The position numbers were made by a program, and so were the translations under genes. A DNA stretch of 63,294 nt, counting the filler. It is 3 parts of 3 records of this genome, joined end to end, with 100 filler letters (N's around TTAATTAATTAA, not from the genome) between each part and the next. Parts side by side here need not be neighbours in the genome. Positions count along the whole stretch, not along the records: positions 42,129 to 63,294 come from SRR2962707_1136; 2 more parts are not named here. One strand, written 5' to 3'. This document shows, one piece after another, positions 59,221 to 63,294 of the stretch; within the stretch, counting starts at the first letter, position 1; each line of letters begins with the position of its first letter. Below the pieces are notes generated by a model. The model was not told the DNA's origin, did no database searches, and saw nothing but the letters and a program-made list of their open reading frames with translations.

Positions 59221-59821
59221 GTTCGTGGACCAGTTTTCTTTTCCATGAAATCCAACCCATCGTGGCGATGTAAGTAAACACCAGGAACTGGAAACTTGTG
59301 AATGGCAAGTCTTTGTAGATGTAAAGCGGAATGGAAACAAGATCACATGCGATCCAGAAAATCCAGTGTTCGATTTTCTTTAAGGCCATTAGGTACATAC
59401 CGGTAATGGCAAGTCCAGTTGTGATGGAATCAATCAACGGCACATCGCTATCGGTGAACTTGATTAGCATGATGTAAATAAATCCGACTGCAAACAGAAA
59501 GGTAAGCACGTTGATGATGTTGCCTCTTCTTGAACTTTTTGTTATCGGAATCTGGCTGGCACCCAAGTCTTTCGTATTCTTCCAGTTCCACCAGCCGAAT
59601 ATACTCATCACCAGGTAGTAAGCATTGATACCAGTATCAGCATACAGCTTGCTCTGGTAGGTGATGAAGATGTAGAGCGTGACACTGATAATTCCGAATG
59701 GATACACCAGGATCTTTTCCTGCTTGCTGAACCAAACACTAGCAATTCCTGCGATAACGGCAATAAATTCCATGGCGCTGGTCTGCAAAAGTTGATCGAG
59801 AAAGTCTTGCCAGATACTCAT
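59213..59821 (-). CDS. pnuC: PnuC-family vitamin/nucleoside transporter
   Basis: GWW.W, DS..T, L.A.K.IE.WIFWI..D. Confidence 0.88.
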   Translation of the reverse strand: MSIWQDFLDQLLQTSAMEFIAVIAGIASVWFSKQEKILVYPFGIISVTLYIFITYQSKLYADTGINAYYLVMSIFGWWNWKNTKDLGASQIPITKSSRRGNIINVLTFLFAVGFIYIMLIKFTDSDVPLIDSITTGLAITGMYLMALKKIEHWIFWIACDLVSIPLYIYKDLPFTSFQFLVFTYIATMGWISWKRKLVHEHA

Positions 59822-59869
59822 TTAACAAAAATATTTTTTTGCAATAGTACTTAATCTCTCAAAGCAACA

Positions 59870-59877
59870 TAATTTTG
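59870..59877 (+). promoter_or_regulatory. Bacteroidota -7 promoter box for guaB
   Basis: TAATTTTG upstream of the ATG. Confidence 0.55.
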
Positions 59878-59914
59878 CACGGCAAATAATAGTAACAGTT
59901 CAGTATTATTTGCC

Positions 59915-61384
59915 ATGATCAACAACGACAAATTCCTTTTCGAAGCACTTACCTACGACGATGTGCTTCTTCTCCCCGGTTATTCAGAAGTACTTCCCAG
60001 AGACACTGACACATCTGCTCAGATCACACGAAATATTCGTTTGAATATTCCATTGGTATCTGCTGCGATGGATACAGTGACAGAAGCCAAACTAGCCATT
60101 GCTATGGCGCTTGAGGGTGGTATCGGGATCATTCATAAAAACATGACCATCGACAATCAGGCTGCCCAGGTGCGAAAAGTAAAACGTTCGCAAAGTGGGA
60201 TGATCCTGGATCCAATTACCTTGGATATAGATGCCAAGGTGGGGGATGCAGAGGCCATCATGCGCGAGAATAAGATTGGTGGAATTCCTGTGGTGGACAA
60301 GGATAAAAAGTTGATTGGTATTGTTACCAACCGGGATTTGCGTTTCGAAAAAGGAATGAAGCGCCCAGTCAAAGAGATCATGACTAAGGAAAACTTAATT
60401 ACAGCTACGGCAGAAGTAGGTCTGAACGAAGCGGAGGCAATCCTTCAGGAGCATAAGATCGAAAAGCTTCCGATTGTAGATAAAAATGGCAAGCTGACCG
60501 GACTGATTACCTACAAAGACATTTTGAAAAACAAAGACCGTCCGAATGCTTGTAAGGATGAATACGGCCGATTGAGAGTAGGCGCTGCTGTTGGTGTAAC
60601 TCCGGATATTGAAGATCGAATCGCTGCTTTAGTGAAAGCAGGAGTGGATTTGGTTTCTATCGATACGGCGCATGGTCACTCAAAAGGTGTTATTGGTACC
60701 GCCAAGCGAATCAAAAAAGCATTTCCTGATTTAGAGACTATTGTTGGCAACATTGCCACAGCAGATGCAGCAAAAGCCTTAGCAGAAGCAGGAGCGGATG
60801 CGATCAAAGTAGGAGTTGGCCCTGGAAGTATCTGTACTACCCGTGTAATTGCCGGTGTTGGTGTTCCTCAATTATCTGCTGTCTATGAATCAGCAAATGC
60901 AGTTAAGAAATCCGGAGTGCCAATCATAGCGGATGGAGGAATCAGATTTTCTGGTGATGTGGTGAAAGCGTTGGCAGGTGGAGCACACACGGTAATGATT
61001 GGATCATTGTTGGCCGGTACAGAGGAAGCTCCGGGAGAGGTGATCTTATACGAAGGAAGAAAATTCAAATCATACCGGGGGATGGGTTCGGTTGAAGCGA
61101 TGGAAGAAGGCTCGAAAGATCGCTACTTCCAGGATGCAGAAGACGACATCAAAAAACTAGTTCCGGAAGGAATCGTAGGACGTGTTCCTTTCAAAGGATC
61201 AGTACAAGAAGTACTGTATCAGATGGTAGGCGGACTAAAAGCTGGAATGGGCTATTGCGGCGCTCAGACGATAGAGAATCTACATGACGCCAAGTTCGTG
61301 AAGATATCTGCTGCAGGTTATGCCGAAAGCCATCCACATGATATTCATATTACCAGGGAAGCACCGAATTATAGTAGGAAGTGA
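59915..61384 (+). CDS. guaB: IMP dehydrogenase
   Basis: [19 protein letters not shown] pair, [19 protein letters not shown]. Confidence 0.97.
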   Translation: MINNDKFLFEALTYDDVLLLPGYSEVLPRDTDTSAQITRNIRLNIPLVSAAMDTVTEAKLAIAMALEGGIGIIHKNMTIDNQAAQVRKVKRSQSGMILDPITLDIDAKVGDAEAIMRENKIGGIPVVDKDKKLIGIVTNRDLRFEKGMKRPVKEIMTKENLITATAEVGLNEAEAILQEHKIEKLPIVDKNGKLTGLITYKDILKNKDRPNACKDEYGRLRVGAAVGVTPDIEDRIAALVKAGVDLVSIDTAHGHSKGVIGTAKRIKKAFPDLETIVGNIATADAAKALAEAGADAIKVGVGPGSICTTRVIAGVGVPQLSAVYESANAVKKSGVPIIADGGIRFSGDVVKALAGGAHTVMIGSLLAGTEEAPGEVILYEGRKFKSYRGMGSVEAMEEGSKDRYFQDAEDDIKKLVPEGIVGRVPFKGSVQEVLYQMVGGLKAGMGYCGAQTIENLHDAKFVKISAAGYAESHPHDIHITREAPNYSRK

Positions 61385-61419
61385 TTAGACGTTAGATATT
61401 AGAAGTTAGATTTTAGAAT
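61385..61419 (+). repeat. Heptamer tandem repeat (TTAGAnn x5)
   Basis: TTAGACG TTAGATA TTAGAAG TTAGATT TTAGAAT. Confidence 0.8.
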
Positions 61420-61427
61420 CCGTATGA

Positions 61428-61835
61428 ATGATATCCAAATTATTAGAGAATCAAATTTTGGTAGATAATAGAATATTGAAAAGTGCTCTGTTTATTTTGG
61501 TCTTTATTGGCGGATGCAAGCAATCAAATGAAGCGCTAGTTGACGATTTAAGAATAGCGCATGAATCTCTTGATTTTCTAGAAGTTGAAATTGCATTAAT
61601 CGCCAAGGGGCTAGAAAGAAATAAGCTTTTACCTATAACCAATCCTACCTATTTAGTAATCAAAACAGGCTCGTGCGATTTGAAATATGAGTTTGAGATA
61701 ATCTTTGGTAAAAACCAACATTTAGAATTTTCCTGCAATATCCTGGATAATGAAAACAGTGATTCTGATTTCATAAAATCATTTAGTATAACAGGAAATT
61801 GGGTTTACTGGGTGAATGAAGATATAATAGGCTGA
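61428..61835 (+). CDS. Orphan putative lipoprotein
   Basis: LFILVFIGGC lipobox-like; AT-richer than neighbours; true start may be downstream. Confidence 0.5.
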   Translation: MISKLLENQILVDNRILKSALFILVFIGGCKQSNEALVDDLRIAHESLDFLEVEIALIAKGLERNKLLPITNPTYLVIKTGSCDLKYEFEIIFGKNQHLEFSCNILDNENSDSDFIKSFSITGNWVYWVNEDIIG

Positions 61836-61856
61836 TGGGAGAATGCCATATCAAAC

Positions 61857-61899
61857 ATAGACTTATGTCTTATGTCTTTATACTAATTGTCTAATATCT
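61857..61899 (-). repeat. Degenerate heptamer repeat on the opposite strand
   Basis: Minus strand AGATATT AGACAAT t AGTATAA AGACATA AGACATA AGTCTAT. Confidence 0.65.
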
Positions 61900-62556
61900 T
61901 TATACTAATCTCGCTACTTCTGTTTCTCCACCCAAAGTCAAATCGCCAATCTTCACTTTGATCTCGGCATCCAAAGGAAGGAAAAGATCCACACGGCTTC
62001 CAAATCGGATGAATCCAACTGAGGTACCTTGCTCAACGGCATCACCAACCTTAGGATAGAAGGCAATTCGTCTGGCGACTGCACCTGCTATTTGGCGCAT
62101 GAGTATGGTTACTCCTTTTTCGGTTTTAAACCCGACAGAAGTTCGTTCGTTATCTGTACTTGATTTTGGATGCCAGGCAACCAAAAATTTACCAGGATGA
62201 TATTTGAAGAAATCCACTACCCCTTTGATCGGGCTTCTGTTTACATGTACATTCAGTGGCGACATGAATATCGAAACCTGGATACGGTCTTCTTTGTGGT
62301 ATTCACCTTCATAGGTCTTTTCGATCACGACCACTTTACCCTCTGCCGGAGCGTAGACGATCCCGTCTTTAGGGGGAGTCACCACTGCTGGATCACGGAA
62401 AAAGCGAACAACCAGGATAAAGAATATAATGGCAACTACTGCGAACACCATTTGAACCACAAAGAAGGGGATTAGCCAATACAGGAATGCATAAAGCCCC
62501 CCTACAAGTACCGCCATTAGCGGAATCATCTTAAATCCTTCTTTGTGTATTCTCAT
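61900..62556 (-). CDS. psd: Phosphatidylserine decarboxylase proenzyme (short form)
   Basis: FFRDP, SIFMSPLNVHVNR, QIAG.VARRI, RFGSRVD cleavage motif. Confidence 0.92.
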   Translation of the reverse strand: MRIHKEGFKMIPLMAVLVGGLYAFLYWLIPFFVVQMVFAVVAIIFFILVVRFFRDPAVVTPPKDGIVYAPAEGKVVVIEKTYEGEYHKEDRIQVSIFMSPLNVHVNRSPIKGVVDFFKYHPGKFLVAWHPKSSTDNERTSVGFKTEKGVTILMRQIAGAVARRIAFYPKVGDAVEQGTSVGFIRFGSRVDLFLPLDAEIKVKIGDLTLGGETEVARLV

Positions 62557-62566
62557 AATGTTGGCT

Positions 62567-62621
62567 TGTCATGCTGAACAGAGTGAAGCATCTCAGATTC
62601 TTCGTTTCACTCAGAATGACA
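62567..62621. repeat. REP-like palindromic element
   Basis: TGTCATGCTGA...GAAGCATCT.AGATTCTTC...TCAGAATGACA inverted repeat of a type common in Bacteroidota. Confidence 0.7.
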
Positions 62622-62633
62622 CAGTTATCTTAA

Positions 62634-63294
62634 TTAAAATCCGCCACGGAATTTATACGTCTTAGCCACCTTATCAATCGCCACGATGTAGGCAGCAATA
62701 CGCATACTTACATTGTACTCCTGTGAAGTTTCATATACCCTATCAAAGGCCGTTTTCATAATTCTGTCTGATCGTCGGCTCACTCGCTCACGTGTCCAGC
62801 CGTAACCTAGTCGGTTCTGTACCCACTCGAAGTAGGAAACGGTAACACCACCTGCGTTTGCCAAGATATCCGGCACGGCTAAAATTCCTTTTTCGTTCAG
62901 GATAGCATCAGCTTTGGCTGAGGTAGGGCCGTTGGCACCTTCTACGATCAATTTCGCTTTGATCTTATCCGCATTCTTTTGAGTGATCACGTCTTCAATA
63001 GCTGCGGGTACTAACACATCCACTTCAAGAAGAAGTAATTCTGCCGGATCAATTTTTTCTGCTCCAGCATATCCTTCAAGGGTACCGTTATTGGCATTTC
63101 GGTATTCCATCGCCTTCTTAATGTTGATCCCTTCGGCATTGTGATATGCTCCGGAGAGGTCACTGATCGCCACGATGTTAACACCTCGCTCTTCCAATAG
63201 CTGGGCAGCCCATGATCCTACGTTACCGAATCCCTGGATCGCGCAAGTAGCTTTGAAAGGGTTAATTTTTTGTTTTTCCATAGCAGCCAGTGCA
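62634..63294 (-). CDS. gdhA: Glu/Leu/Phe/Val dehydrogenase (glutamate dehydrogenase), C-terminal part
   Basis: QGFGNVG, EGANGP, PDILANAGGVTVSYFEWVQN; 5' end lies beyond the window. Confidence 0.88.
   Translation of the reverse strand, partial: ALAAMEKQKINPFKATCAIQGFGNVGSWAAQLLEERGVNIVAISDLSGAYHNAEGINIKKAMEYRNANNGTLEGYAGAEKIDPAELLLLEVDVLVPAAIEDVITQKNADKIKAKLIVEGANGPTSAKADAILNEKGILAVPDILANAGGVTVSYFEWVQNRLGYGWTRERVSRRSDRIMKTAFDRVYETSQEYNVSMRIAAYIVAIDKVAKTYKFRGGF

Overview
The window is not one locus. It is three unrelated contigs joined by two artificial 100-bp spacers (N44-TTAATTAATTAA-N44 at 13234-13333 and 42029-42128). (1) 1-13233 is GC-rich, Marinobacter-like Gammaproteobacteria: rssC/rssB, an HD phosphohydrolase, a renalase-like oxidoreductase, an 8-gene desaturase/SDR/FAD-oxidoreductase/DUF1365/cfa lipid-modification operon, xthA, and a PhaD-like TetR next to a phasin. 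(2) 13334-42028 is an AT-rich Flavobacteriaceae-like mosaic genomic island. It has a probable tRNA-Ser att remnant, a Fic gene, and a ~15.7-kb envelope-remodelling/efflux cassette bracketed by 84-bp direct repeats. Inside that cassette are six identically spaced 35-bp promoter/operator motifs. Further on are decayed ICE leading-region genes (DUF932-like, DUF6266-like), a Cu ATPase, and a USP / ATP-cone nuclease / beta-CASP nuclease / AMP-phosphorylase-like / PRPP-synthetase operon. (3) 42129-63294 is a Cytophagales-like chromosome segment: ribD, prmC, LytS/LytTR, an ECF sigma / TonB-anti-sigma / VWA module, a TPP riboswitch with a TonB receptor, pnuC, guaB, psd and gdh. The best candidates for undescribed biology are the six-site two-component regulon of the lipid/efflux cassette, the nucleotide-recycling/nuclease operon, and the ECF-TonB-box-VWA signalling module. 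Taxonomy and family names come from recognising sequence motifs, not from database searches.
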